Below, in pieces: positions 1-10,172 of a stretch of 46,305 nucleotides of DNA (position 1 is its first letter; every line of letters begins with the position of its first letter). Both the position numbers and the translations under genes were made by a program. The stretch is from a bacterium. Lineage in GTDB: Bacteria; JADJOY01. The stretch spans positions 1 through 46,305 of the forward strand of contig JAXLQJ010000058.1 of the NCBI GenBank assembly GCA_046331705.1. The letters are read 5' to 3'. The notes under the pieces were generated by a model. The model did no database searches. It saw only the letters and a list, made by a program, of their open reading frames with translations, and was not told where the DNA came from.

Positions 1-18
1 GCGCCGGCTCGGCCGGAC

Positions 19-64
19 CGCGCCCCTTCCCTCGAGGCCTCGAGAGCCTCAGGGGAGGGGTGCG
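19..64. terminator. GC-rich imperfect hairpin just downstream of the MMPL gene (possible terminator or REP-like element)
   Basis: cgcgccccttccctcgaggc-(ctcgaga)-gcctcaggggaggggtgcg pairs with G-U wobbles and one bulge, 8 nt past the stop at 73. No poly-U tail. Confidence 0.3.
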
Positions 65-72
65 CGCGGTGC

Positions 73-2505
73 TCAGCGCCCCGCCTCGAGCTCGCCCGCG
101 GCGGCCGCCTCGTCCGCGAGCGGCGCGCGCTCGTTGGCGCGGCGCCGCAAGAAGCGCGGCTGGCGAAGGATCACGAAGGCCGGGACGATCGTCACGGCGG
201 CGAGCGCCGACGTCACCATGCTGAGCGACACGTAGCCTCCGAGCTGCTTGGCGTACGAGAGCCGCGACAGGCAAAGCACCAGCGAGCCGGACCCGATCGC
301 CGACGCCACGAAGAAGATGGCCTTGCCCGAGGTGAGCATGGTGGCGAGGGTCGCGGCGCGGACGTCGCCCGAGCGCGCATGCTCCTCGCGGAAACGGAAC
401 AGGAAGTAGATCGAATAATCGGCGCCGATCGAGATGGTGAGCGCGGTGATGGTCGCGGTCGCCAGATTGAGGTACGTGCCGACGAGACCCATGACGCCCA
501 TGTTGACCAGCGCCGCGAGGATCGTGGGCGTGAGCACGAGCGCGCCACCCGCCAGCGAGCGCAGCACCAGCGACGCCACCACGAAGATGATCGTCGACAC
601 CACCACGGCGTTGCGCAGCTTCTCGCGCAGCACCGACTCGTTCATCGCCTTGCCGATGCCGAGCATGCCGCCCGCGACGCTGACCTTCACGCCGGGCGGG
701 AAATGCGTGGCGACGTACTCGTCGGCGCGCGCGAAGAGCGCGTCGGTGAAGCTCGCGGTGTCCTCGCTGGCGAAGGCGCGGATCACCGCGCGCCGATAGT
801 TGGAGTCGACCACCGAGTCGAAGTCGTCCGGATCGCCCGAGTAGAGCAGGAAGAGCTGGGCGATCGCCTCGCGCGAGTCGGGAATCACCCGAAAGGCCTC
901 GTCGCCGTCGTTCATGGCGACGTTCATCTGCTCGAGGAAGTCCACGATCGACTGCGAGCGACCGACGTTGGGGACACTCTCGAGCAGACGCTGCAGGCCT
1001 TCCATCGCGTGCAGCACCGCCGGCTCGTGGAGGGCGTCGTCGTGATCGCCCTCGACCAGGATGTTCATGGTGTTGGTGCCGCCGAAGCTCTTCGACAGCG
1101 CCTCGTCGTCCACGTACACGGGCTCGTCGGGCGGATACGCGCGTCGGAACGAGTTGTCGACCTCGACCCGCGAGATCCCGTACACGATCACCGCCAGCAC
1201 CCCCGCCGCGATCGCGAGCGCGCCCGCCGGCCGCGCCAGGATTCCCGCCGCGAGCCGCTCGAGCACGGTCTCGAGCAACCCCGAGTGGCTCTCGGCCTTC
1301 ACCTCGCCCACCTTGGGCGCGGGCAACAGCGCCCGGCACGCCGGGATGAACGTCATCTCGATCGTGAGCGCGCTCAGGATGCCGAACGAGGTGAGCACAC
1401 CGAAAACCTGCACCGTGCGGATCGGGAACAGCGTGAGCGAGAGGAAGCCGGCGGCGGCGATCAGCCCCGCGGTGATCATGACGCCGCCCACCCGCGCCGT
1501 GCTCTCGATCACCGCCGCGTCGTTCTCGCCGAGTCTCCGGAACTCCTCGTAGTAGCGCTTCAGGATCTGCACCGCGTGGCCCGCAGCGACCGCCAGGATC
1601 AGGAACGGCGCCAACGAGGCCCACGCGTCGAGCGGGAACGACGTCCAGCCCAGGAACCCCATCGCCCAGGTCACGCTGAGCACCGCGGTGACCAGCGGCA
1701 GCACCATCGCCTGGAAGGTGCGGAAGGCCTCCAGGTGCACGAGCCCGATCACCAGCACCGCGACGCCGAGGAGCTGGAGGATGCCCATCGTGTACTTGTC
1801 GAGGGCGGTCTGGAAGATCGGCCAGCCCGAGAGGTAGACGTTCACCTGGTCCGAGTGGCGATAGGGCGCGATCACTTCCTCGAAACGCTTGGTGAGGATC
1901 TGGTTGCCGAGCTCGGGGCGCGGATCGAGGTCGTCGAGGTCGGCGGCCACGGCGGTGATCTTGCCGTCGTCGGAGACCAGATAGCCGCGCACGAGCTTCT
2001 GCCCCATCACGCGCTTGCGGATCACCTCCGCCTCGGCGTCGTTGGTGGGCAGACGCTCCACCAGCCGCTTCACCACCAGCTCGCCCGGTGCGCCGTTCTC
2101 GATGGCCTTGGACTTTCGCGCCGTCAGGCTGACCACGTCCTTCGGGTCCACGCCCGGGATCGCGGCGACGCCCTCGGTGATCTTCTTGACGATCGCCAGC
2201 ACCTCGGGCTGGAAGACGTCCCCGTGCTTCGCCTCGACGCCGATCAGCGTGTACTTGCCGCCGCCGAAGATCTCGAGGATGCGGTCGTCGATCTTGACCA
2301 GCGGGTCGTTGCCGGGAAGCTGGAGCTTGCGCTCGTTGGCGAGGTAGATCCGCGGCAGGCCGGCGCCGAGAAGGGCCGTGGCGGCGACGACGCCCGCGAT
2401 CACCAGCCACGGGTGGCGGGTGACCCAGCCGACGTAAGCGCGAAGCGCGCGATCGAATCGCGAGGGGGAAGCCTGGGTTCGGGACGAGGGCGCGGCAGCG
2501 TTCAT
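73..2505 (-). CDS. MMPL/RND-family (efflux RND permease-like) membrane transporter, ~810 aa
   Basis: Two repeats of 1 TM + large soluble loop + 5 TM; motifs 'ILAVAAGHAVQILKRYYEE' and 'SIGADYSIYFLFRFREE'. Start placed at ATG 2505 (MNAAAPS) because the longer ORF overlaps the divergent AraC gene. Confidence 0.85.
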   Translation of the reverse strand: MNAAAPSSRTQASPSRFDRALRAYVGWVTRHPWLVIAGVVAATALLGAGLPRIYLANERKLQLPGNDPLVKIDDRILEIFGGGKYTLIGVEAKHGDVFQPEVLAIVKKITEGVAAIPGVDPKDVVSLTARKSKAIENGAPGELVVKRLVERLPTNDAEAEVIRKRVMGQKLVRGYLVSDDGKITAVAADLDDLDPRPELGNQILTKRFEEVIAPYRHSDQVNVYLSGWPIFQTALDKYTMGILQLLGVAVLVIGLVHLEAFRTFQAMVLPLVTAVLSVTWAMGFLGWTSFPLDAWASLAPFLILAVAAGHAVQILKRYYEEFRRLGENDAAVIESTARVGGVMITAGLIAAAGFLSLTLFPIRTVQVFGVLTSFGILSALTIEMTFIPACRALLPAPKVGEVKAESHSGLLETVLERLAAGILARPAGALAIAAGVLAVIVYGISRVEVDNSFRRAYPPDEPVYVDDEALSKSFGGTNTMNILVEGDHDDALHEPAVLHAMEGLQRLLESVPNVGRSQSIVDFLEQMNVAMNDGDEAFRVIPDSREAIAQLFLLYSGDPDDFDSVVDSNYRRAVIRAFASEDTASFTDALFARADEYVATHFPPGVKVSVAGGMLGIGKAMNESVLREKLRNAVVVSTIIFVVASLVLRSLAGGALVLTPTILAALVNMGVMGLVGTYLNLATATITALTISIGADYSIYFLFRFREEHARSGDVRAATLATMLTSGKAIFFVASAIGSGSLVLCLSRLSYAKQLGGYVSLSMVTSALAAVTIVPAFVILRQPRFLRRRANERAPLADEAAAAGELEAGR

Positions 2506-2538
2506 GATCGGGAGCTTGACGAGGGCACGCCCGGGCGG

Positions 2539-2576
2539 CTTGATCAATTGCGCCAACTTCTTGATCTTTAGCGCCA
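2539..2576. promoter_or_regulatory. Tandem direct repeat CTTGATC-N4-GCGCCA x2 (21-bp period), putative AraC binding half-sites
   Basis: cttgatcaattgcgcca at 2539-2555 and cttgatctttagcgcca at 2560-2576, in the 70-bp gap between the divergent MMPL and AraC starts. A 21-bp period is typical of AraC/XylS sites. Confidence 0.65.
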
Positions 2577-3607
2577 TGGAACGCGTCCCCTCGCCCCGCA
2601 TTCGCGCCGAGATCGTCACGGCGGTGCTCCAGTTCGTCGCCGGCGCCGGCGGAAACCCGGCGCAGGTGCGCTCGGCGGCGGGGCTACGAGCCGGCGAGCT
2701 GATCGATCCCGAGCGACTGCTCGACGTCGATCGCCTCGCCGCCACCGTGGACGCGGCGGCCGACGATCTCGGCGACCCGGCGTTCGGGTTGCACCTCGGG
2801 GCGAACTTCGACCTCGAAGGGCTCGGGCCGCTGAGCTACGCCGTGCTGAACGCGCCCACCGCCGCCGTCGGTGTGGCGAACCTGGTGCGCTACATGGGCG
2901 GCCTTGCCCACGGCGTCCGCCTCGAGCTCGTCCAGCACCGCGGCGACGCGGTGCTGCGCGGCGCGGTCGGCGGCGCCGGAGCGCGCCGACGCCCGTCATC
3001 TCAACGAGGTGGCGCATCCTGACCCAGTGATGGTCGGCTGCGTCGCCTGGCGGGCGCGGACGATTGGCACCCGCGCGCGGTGCGCTTCGTCCACGCTCGC
3101 CCCGCCGACGTCACCGAGCACCTGGCGCTCTTCGGCGTCGAGCCGACCTTCGGCCATCGCGGCAACGAGATCCATTTCGACGCGCGCATGCTCAGCCGCG
3201 AGGTCCGCAACGCCGATCGCTCGCTGTTGCCGGTCGTGGAGCGGCGGCTCCAGGAAGTGCTGCGCGCCGAGCCGGGCGCCGAGCCATGGCTGGCGGCACT
3301 GCGAGTCGAGGTCGCGAGCCGCCTCTGCGACGGCCATCCGTCGCTGGCGGAGGTGGCGCCTGACCTCGGCCTGAGCGCCCGAACGCTCCAGCGACGCCTG
3401 GCCGAGCACGGCCTCGCCTACCGCGATCTGGTCCAGCAGACGCGGCGCCAGCTCGCCCTCGAGTACCTCGAGCGCGGCGATACGGATCTCACCGAGGTCG
3501 CGTTGCTCCTCGGCTACGCCGAGCTGAGCGCCTTCGCGCACGCGTTCCGGCGCTGGACCGGGCGGAGCCCGGGCCGCCATCGCCGCGCCCAGCCGGGGCG
3601 CCTCTGA
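2576..3607 (+). CDS. AraC-family transcriptional regulator (N-terminal ligand domain + HTH), disrupted around 2975-3035
   Basis: N-half 'GDPAFGLHLG...LGPLSYAVLNAPT'; C-half 'LGLSARTLQRRLAEHG...EVALLLGYAELSAFAHAFRRWTGRSP'. Both halves are in the same frame with one TGA (3020-3022) inside a short, apparently frameshifted patch. Confidence 0.85.
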
Positions 3608-3704
3608 GCCGCGGCTCGCTCGGCGCCGCGGTATCGGACATCAGCGCCGCGTGTGGCTCGAGCGAAGTCGCGCACGAAGCGCCGCGCGTGGAACGCGTGC
3701 CGCG

Positions 3705-4538
3705 TCACGGGCCGTCGGTCACGTCGATTCCCGCTTTCTTCATCAGCATCGCCATGAGCGGCCCGGCTCGTTCGGGAACCACGCGGGTCACGAGGTCCAG
3801 GATCTTGCTGTCGGCGCCGACCAGCACGCGCGCGGCACCGACCTCCACACCGCGCACGATGGCTTGCGCTGCCGCCTGGGCCGTGACGCCGTAGGACGAG
3901 CGCTGGCTCGCGTCGAGCTGGGACCTCTTCGCATGCTCCGACATGTCCGGCGCATTGGCGAGGATGTTGGTGCGCACGGCGCCTGGAAGGACGACGGTGA
4001 CGCCCACCGAGGTGCGCTTCAACTCCGCGGCGAGGGCTTCCGAGAAGAGCTTCACGGCGGCCTTGCTGGCGCCGTACACGCCCTGCCCCGGGACCGGACA
4101 GAAGCCGCCCATGCTCGACATGTTCACGAGACGCGCCTCGGGCCGCTCGCGCAGCCTCGGCAGGAAGGCGCGTGTCGTGTGCACGACGCCCCACCAGTTC
4201 ACCGCGAAGACGCGCTCGATCTGCTCGATCGTCAGCCGCGAGAACGGGATGAAGGGTTGGATGATGCCCGCGTTGTTGACGAGGATGTCCACGGCGCCGT
4301 ACTCGGCGACCACGGCCTGCGCGAAGCCTTCGGCCGAGCCCGGCTGGGTCACGTCGCCGCAATGCGCGAGGCACGCGCCGCCCGCCTTCCGCACGAGGGC
4401 GGCGGTCTCCTCCATGGACTCCGCGTTCCAGTCGAGACCGGCGATTCGCGCGCCACGACTCGCTGCTGCGAGCGCCAGCGCCCTGCCGATGCCCGAGCCG
4501 GCTCCCGTGATGGCGACGGTCGTGCCCGCGATTCGCAT
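3705..4538 (-). CDS. Short-chain dehydrogenase/reductase (SDR)
   Basis: TGAGSGIG Rossmann motif, NNAG, YGASK catalytic motif; GGAGG RBS upstream. Confidence 0.93.
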   Translation of the reverse strand: MRIAGTTVAITGAGSGIGRALALAAASRGARIAGLDWNAESMEETAALVRKAGGACLAHCGDVTQPGSAEGFAQAVVAEYGAVDILVNNAGIIQPFIPFSRLTIEQIERVFAVNWWGVVHTTRAFLPRLRERPEARLVNMSSMGGFCPVPGQGVYGASKAAVKLFSEALAAELKRTSVGVTVVLPGAVRTNILANAPDMSEHAKRSQLDASQRSSYGVTAQAAAQAIVRGVEVGAARVLVGADSKILDLVTRVVPERAGPLMAMLMKKAGIDVTDGP

Positions 4539-4766
4539 GACGACGTCCCTCCTTGAGCAAGACGACGACGCATTCGACGGCCGTTCGAAGGTGGCCGGTC
4601 GCCAGCACGACCCTGGCGCACGCGATCGGCGCTCCCGGGCCCCCGAACGTCACCGAGCCTAGTCGAGCGGCGCCGAATCCGCGGCGCAGCGGCCAGACGA
4701 GACGGACCGCGTCGCGACTCGGCAGACTCGAGGCGAGCTCGAATCCGATCGAGCGCGGAGCGGACG

Positions 4767-6188
4767 TTGAGCGCACCAACCACGATCCTCGCGAACCGAG
4801 TCTTCGACGGCGAGCGCTTTCTCGAGGGAGAGCACGTCCTCGGTTTCTCCACCGACGGGATCCACGCCCTGCGAAGCGCGAGCGGTGCCGAGATCGCCCG
4901 ACTCGCGTCCGCGGCACCCGGCAGCGGAACCGTCGTCGACCTGCGCGGCCACACGCTCGTGCCCGGGCTCATCAACACCCACGCGCACACGGTGCGCGGC
5001 GGCGCATTCGAAGCGGACGAGCCGCCCGCGCCGGTGCAAGCGATCCGGAACTTCCACGAGAGCCTGCGCGCCGGCGTCACGACGATGGCCGACATGGGCG
5101 CAACGGCGCCGCTGATGGCTGCGGTTCGCGCGCACCTCGCGCGCCATCCGACCGCAGGGCCGTCACTCCTCGCCGCGGGCCCGCTGGTGACGGCGCCCGG
5201 CGGCTACCCACTCGACTGGATGCCGCCGCTGCTTCGGCTCGCGGGAGTGGCATTGCCGTGCGACACGGAACGCGACGGCGCCGCCGCCGTGGATCGCATC
5301 GCCCGAGCGGGCATGGATCACGTGAAGATCGCCGTCATGCACCAGACCTACGCCGAACGGCCCATCCCGGCCGTCGAGCCCAAGGTGGTGCGCGCGGTGG
5401 TAGCCGAGGCACATCGACTGGAGCTGCGCGTGCTGGCGCACGCCCATTCGGCGATCGACTACCGCGTGGCGGTCGAAGCGGGCGTCGACGCGCTCATGCA
5501 CTCCTGCTTCGATCCGCTCTCCCCCGAGATCCTCGAACGGATCGCGGACCGAGGCATCCAGGTCTGCCCGACGCTCTGGGTCTTCGATTCCGCGTGCAAC
5601 AACCACGAGCACCGTCACGATCGCGATCCGGATCTTCTCGCCGCCGTCGAGGAGCCGATCCGCGGATCCTGGCGCCGCTTCGCCGAGGCGTACGCCGCAT
5701 CCGGAGACGTCGTGCCGCCCGGCATCGCCGGCGGATTGCCGAAGCAGCGCAGCTTCGAGGCGGTCCGCAACGCCGCAGCCAACCTCAAGCTGCTCGCCGA
5801 GGCCGGCGTTCCGATCGCATTCGGCAACGACGCGAACTACGGCTTCTCGGTGGTCTCGCGCCCGATGAACGAGCTGCGCGCGATGCACCGCGCGGGTCTG
5901 GATGCGGTCGCGTGCCTGCGCGCCGCGACCAGCACCGCCGCCGCGCTGCTCGGCAGAAAGGACCGCGGCAGGCTCGCCCCGGGCACGCGCGCGGATCTGC
6001 TGGCGATCGCCGGAGATCCCCGCGACGATCTCGAGGCCCTCGTCCGACCCCTCGCGATCTGGGCGAACGGCCATCCGGTCCTCGCGCCGCCCTCACGCCT
6101 GGGCCTGGCGGGCGCGCTGGCGCGAGGCTACGCCGGCACGATCCTCGAGAGCTTGCCGCGGTTGGCCGCCACGCTGCGCGCCGGCTGA
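4767..6188 (+). CDS. Metal-dependent amidohydrolase (prolidase-like subgroup)
   Basis: 'DLRGHTLVPGLINTHAH' (HxH), 'AGVTT', 'HVKI', 'LAHAH', 'MH', 'FGND', 'GRLAPGTRADL'; TTG start. Confidence 0.88.
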   Translation: MSAPTTILANRVFDGERFLEGEHVLGFSTDGIHALRSASGAEIARLASAAPGSGTVVDLRGHTLVPGLINTHAHTVRGGAFEADEPPAPVQAIRNFHESLRAGVTTMADMGATAPLMAAVRAHLARHPTAGPSLLAAGPLVTAPGGYPLDWMPPLLRLAGVALPCDTERDGAAAVDRIARAGMDHVKIAVMHQTYAERPIPAVEPKVVRAVVAEAHRLELRVLAHAHSAIDYRVAVEAGVDALMHSCFDPLSPEILERIADRGIQVCPTLWVFDSACNNHEHRHDRDPDLLAAVEEPIRGSWRRFAEAYAASGDVVPPGIAGGLPKQRSFEAVRNAAANLKLLAEAGVPIAFGNDANYGFSVVSRPMNELRAMHRAGLDAVACLRAATSTAAALLGRKDRGRLAPGTRADLLAIAGDPRDDLEALVRPLAIWANGHPVLAPPSRLGLAGALARGYAGTILESLPRLAATLRAG

Positions 6189-6244
6189 TGGACCGGGACT
6201 GCGCGCCAGCCAGGCAGCGCGTCAATCGCCACGCGCGCAGCCCC

Positions 6245-6420
6245 GTGATGGTGGTTGCGGGGCCAGGCGGGTCCGTGCTGGGGCTCGCCGAGTAATCGCT
6301 CGCGTCGTACCCGTCGTTGACCCATTCCCGCACGTTACCGATCAAGTCGAGCGCGCCCTTGGGCGAGGCGCCCGCGGGCTTCGATCCCACCGGCAGCGTG
6401 TGGTCGGTGCCGCAGCCGGG
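6245..6420 (-). pseudogene. Fragment of a formylglycine-generating-enzyme (SUMF1/FGE-sulfatase) domain gene
   Basis: Within ORF 5785..6705: 'TLPVGSKPAGASPKGALDLIGNVREWVNDGYDASDYSASPSTDPPGP' matches the FGE signature. The N-terminal part and the RGGSW/GFR C-terminal motifs are missing. Confidence 0.7.
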
Positions 6421-6849
6421 CGCGCGATCCCGCACGAGAGTGTCACGACTCTCGTCCCCGTCGTCGGCGACGAGATCCGGCAGCCTGCGCGGGGACGGCG
6501 AGCGAGACGGTCGCCGAGATGCGCTCCCACGCCAAGACACCGTGCAGCCGGCGTCGGTGCTGGAGACGCTCACGCACTCGATTGGCAACGCGCAACCGAC
6601 GCCGCCGAGGAGGAGCTCGGCAGAAAGGCGAGCGCGATGCGTCACGGGCGCTTTTCGTCGGCGGGCGCGATCCGGCGCGTGGGTCGAGTTCGCACGGCGC
6701 TTCATCGTCTCCGCTCGTCGCCGGCACCGCCATTCCAGCGAGTCGGCCGATCGCGCCCGTGCGACGGACGGCCGCCCGCCTTGCTCGCTCGTCGCATCTC
6801 ACCCGGGCCGTGGGACATCGCGCGGCGCGCGGTCCCGCGACTCAGCGAC

Positions 6850-8241
6850 TCAGCCGGAAGGCGCGCGCAATCCCGCGCGCACGAACGACGTGGCGCGCTC
6901 GGGAGCACCCGTGACGCCACGCGCGTAGGCCGCGCTCCCGGCGACGCCCTTGCCGAGCAAGCGCTGACGAACCAGCTGGCGCACCGATTCGAGCGCGAGC
7001 GGTGCGGCCATGGCGGGCCGCAGGAACACGGCCTTGGATCTCACCCCCGTCATCGCGGCGCCGAATTCCGCCATGAAGGCGTCACCCTTGCGCTGCGCGA
7101 CGACGTTCGCCGCGTCGAGAAGCAGCGGCACCCGGTGAACGAGCGCGGCAGCGCGCCGCGAGATGGCGAAATCACGCCCGAACGCATCCATCCAGCGGCG
7201 GTGATAGACGGCCAGCGAGCCGGCACTCAGGTCGCCTCTGCCGAACGCCTCGTGCAGGGTGGTCGCCGCGAGCCGCGCGGCGACCATCGCCGTGTGGATG
7301 CCCTCGCCGGTGAGCGGATCGGTCTGGCCGGCGGCGTCGCCCACGGCGAGAAAGCGCTCGCCATGACTCGTGGGAACGCCGCCCAGTCGTAGTGGGGCGA
7401 GCCTGAGCGGCTCGAGGAACTCGGCATGGGGTCCAAGCGCCGCGCGCACGAACGCGTCCTGCGTGATGCACTCCCGATGGAGGGTCTTGAGCGCCGCGGG
7501 ATCGGCCGCGCCGCCGGGAATCGCGTAGCAGCCGAGGTCGACGTCGTCGTTCGCGTGTCGGAAGAGCGCCACGTAACCCGGCAACATGTACGTCGGATAG
7601 AAGAGCACTCCGTCCGCGCGGAAGGCGTGGGTACCGCCGGCGACGTAACGGCGTCCGGCGACACCGGCGGCGGGCCCGACAACCACGCCGAGTCGTTGCG
7701 CGACGCGGCTCGTCGCGCCGTCCGCCGCCACCAGCAGCGACCCTCGAAAGGTTCGTCCGTCGCGACAGCGGACGGTCCACACTCCGTCGCCGCCGAGCAC
7801 GGTCTCCGCCACCGCGGCGCCCTCGTGGAGCTCGGCACCGACCTCGACAGCGCGCCGCGCGATGCGCTCGTCGCAGACCTTGCGTTGGATGGCGTAGACC
7901 CGCGTCGCGACCGAGGCGGGTGCCTCGCCCGTCGACACGTAGCTCTCGCCCGCTGGCGAGACGAACCCGCCCACGACCGTCGCGCGCGCCAGACCCTCGG
8001 CCTCGAGACGCCCGAGAATCCCCATCTCGTCGAGGATGTCGAGGGCCGGCGCGCACCAGGCGTCGCCGCAGTACTTGTCGCGCGGGAAGACCGCTCTCTC
8101 GAGCAGCGCCACGCGTCGCGGGGGGCCGTGCGGGGAGCGCCGCGCCAGGTCGTAGGCGAGCGTTGCGCCGGCGGGGCCCGCGCCGACCACCACCACGTCG
8201 TATGGCGCGCGCGAGGAAGCGCTCGGGGCGGGACCCGACAC
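6850..8241 (-). CDS. Geranylgeranyl reductase-family FAD-dependent oxidoreductase
   Basis: 'YDVVVVGAGPAG', 'FPRDKYCGD', 'AADG', 'VGDAAGQTDPLTGEGI'. Start uncertain; GTG 8241 chosen. Confidence 0.85.
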   Translation of the reverse strand: MSGPAPSASSRAPYDVVVVGAGPAGATLAYDLARRSPHGPPRRVALLERAVFPRDKYCGDAWCAPALDILDEMGILGRLEAEGLARATVVGGFVSPAGESYVSTGEAPASVATRVYAIQRKVCDERIARRAVEVGAELHEGAAVAETVLGGDGVWTVRCRDGRTFRGSLLVAADGATSRVAQRLGVVVGPAAGVAGRRYVAGGTHAFRADGVLFYPTYMLPGYVALFRHANDDVDLGCYAIPGGAADPAALKTLHRECITQDAFVRAALGPHAEFLEPLRLAPLRLGGVPTSHGERFLAVGDAAGQTDPLTGEGIHTAMVAARLAATTLHEAFGRGDLSAGSLAVYHRRWMDAFGRDFAISRRAAALVHRVPLLLDAANVVAQRKGDAFMAEFGAAMTGVRSKAVFLRPAMAAPLALESVRQLVRQRLLGKGVAGSAAYARGVTGAPERATSFVRAGLRAPSG

Positions 8242-8338
8242 GCGCTCACTGCCCGCCGGCGACGCGGTCGCGACGCCGGCGCACGGGCCCCGTCGCGATG
8301 CCGCGCGGCAGCAGCACGCGCAGCCTCGCGGCGAGCCG

Positions 8339-10147
8339 TCAGGCATCGAAGAGCTCGCTGCGCATCGCGAGCGTGAGGCCGTCGCTCGCCAGCAGGCGGC
8401 GCGCGAGGCCGGCGAGCTTGGGAAGCTCGTAGCCGTAGAAGTAGCGGAACGTGACGAGCTTCCCTTCGTAGAAACGCGCCTCGGCGGGCGCCGGCTCGCG
8501 CGCCAGCGCGCGACTGGCCGCGATGGCCTGCGCGAGCCATTGCCACGCGACGGCAACGAGGCCGAAGAGCTCGAGGTAGAGCGTCGCGTCGGCCAGGAAG
8601 AGCTCGACCTCTCCGCCGAGCGCCAGCCCGGTGAGATGCCGGGTCACGCGCTCGAGCTCGGCGCGGGCTTCGTCGAGGGCCGTGGCCTCCCTCGCGAGAC
8701 CGTCGATGTCGCGCGCCGCGGCGATGGTGCGCTCGAGCTCGCGCAGGTAGAGCAGCAACGGGCGCCCGCCCTCCATCACCACCTTCCGCCCCAGCAGATC
8801 GAGCGCCTGGATGCCGGTGGTGCCCTCGTGGATCGCGTGGATCCGGATGTCGCGATAGTACTGCTCGAGCGGGAACTCGCTGCAGTATCCGTAGCCGCCG
8901 AGGCATTGAAGCGCCTGGCTCACGGCGAGGATCCCCATCTCCGACGGGTACGACTTGGCGACCGGCGTGAGCAGCCCGAGGAGCAACGCGCACTCCTCGC
9001 GCTCGTCGCCGGGCTCGAGAACCGCTTCCAGGTCGGCGTAGTGAGCGCACTTCAGGATCAGACCGAGCGCTCCCTCCACGACCGCGCGCTGGAAGAGCAG
9101 CATGCGCTTGACGTCGGCGTGCTCGATGATCGGGAGCGGCGGCGACGCGGGGTCTCGATCGGTGATCCTGCGGCCCTGCGGCCGTTCGCGTGCGTAGTCG
9201 AGCGCACGATGAAACGCGGCGGACGCGATCGCCGCCGCCGACATGCCCACGTCCACCCGCGCCTCGTTCATCATCTGGAACATGTAGCGCAGTCCCTGAT
9301 GACGCTCCCCCACCAGCCAGCCGCGACAATCGCCGCGCTCGCCGAGGGCGAGCTGGGTGATGGGCGAGCCGCGATAGCCGAGCTTGTGGAAGAGGCCCGC
9401 GACGGCGACGTCGTTGTCGATCAGCCGGCCGTGCTCGTCGAGGCGCTTCTTCGGCACCACGAAGAGCGAGAGCCCCTTCATGCCGCGCGGGGCGCCTTCG
9501 GTGGTGGCGAGCAACAAGTTCACCACGTTCTCGACGCCGTCGTGATCGGCGCACGAGATGAAGATCTTCTGGCCGCGGATCCGGAAGTATCCGTCCGCGG
9601 TGGGAACCGCGAGCGTCCGCACGTCGGCGAGCGACGAGCCCGCCTGGGGCTCGGTGAGCGCCATCGTTCCCTGCCACTCGCCGGCGAACATTCGCGGCAC
9701 GTAGGTCTCGATCAGCTCGCGCGAGCCGAACGACGCGATCAGCTGCGCGGCACCCGAGGTGAGCGCCGGATAGACCGACGCCGAGTAATTCGCCGCCGAG
9801 AAGATGCCGCGCGCAGCCGCCAAGAGCGCGCCGGGAAGCTGCTGTCCGCCCAGCTCGAGGGGCGCGTGAGCGCCGATCCACCCCCCTTGCCCCCATTCGC
9901 GCATCACCGTCCGCACCACCGGGTGCACCCGGATCGCGCCGTCCACCAGCTCCGGCGGCCGGCGGTCCATCTCCTCGAACGCGGGCCACAGGATGTCGGC
10001 GGCCATCCCGGCCGCGGTGTCGAGCACCGAATCGAAGGTGTCGCGATCGTGAGCGGCAAACTGCGGAAAACGCGTGAGCGACTCGAGATCGAGGACCTCG
10101 TGGAGGACGAAACGCAAGTTCCGCAGGTGGATGAACGTCGGCGCCAC
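8339..10147 (-). CDS. Acyl-CoA dehydrogenase (~600 aa, DmdC/FadE5-like size class)
   Basis: 'GTMALTEPQAGSSL', 'GQKIFIS', 'FQMMNEAR', 'LGGYGY', 'IHEGTTGIQALDL'. Confidence 0.93.
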   Translation of the reverse strand: MAPTFIHLRNLRFVLHEVLDLESLTRFPQFAAHDRDTFDSVLDTAAGMAADILWPAFEEMDRRPPELVDGAIRVHPVVRTVMREWGQGGWIGAHAPLELGGQQLPGALLAAARGIFSAANYSASVYPALTSGAAQLIASFGSRELIETYVPRMFAGEWQGTMALTEPQAGSSLADVRTLAVPTADGYFRIRGQKIFISCADHDGVENVVNLLLATTEGAPRGMKGLSLFVVPKKRLDEHGRLIDNDVAVAGLFHKLGYRGSPITQLALGERGDCRGWLVGERHQGLRYMFQMMNEARVDVGMSAAAIASAAFHRALDYARERPQGRRITDRDPASPPLPIIEHADVKRMLLFQRAVVEGALGLILKCAHYADLEAVLEPGDEREECALLLGLLTPVAKSYPSEMGILAVSQALQCLGGYGYCSEFPLEQYYRDIRIHAIHEGTTGIQALDLLGRKVVMEGGRPLLLYLRELERTIAAARDIDGLAREATALDEARAELERVTRHLTGLALGGEVELFLADATLYLELFGLVAVAWQWLAQAIAASRALAREPAPAEARFYEGKLVTFRYFYGYELPKLAGLARRLLASDGLTLAMRSELFDA

Positions 10148-10172
10148 GACACGACCTCCCGCGCGGATCGGA

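Noticed and set aside
3020-3022. In-frame TGA in AraC as selenocysteine or readthrough
   Set aside because: The surrounding codons look frameshifted, no SECIS-like hairpin was evident, and there is no reason to expect Cys/Sec here.
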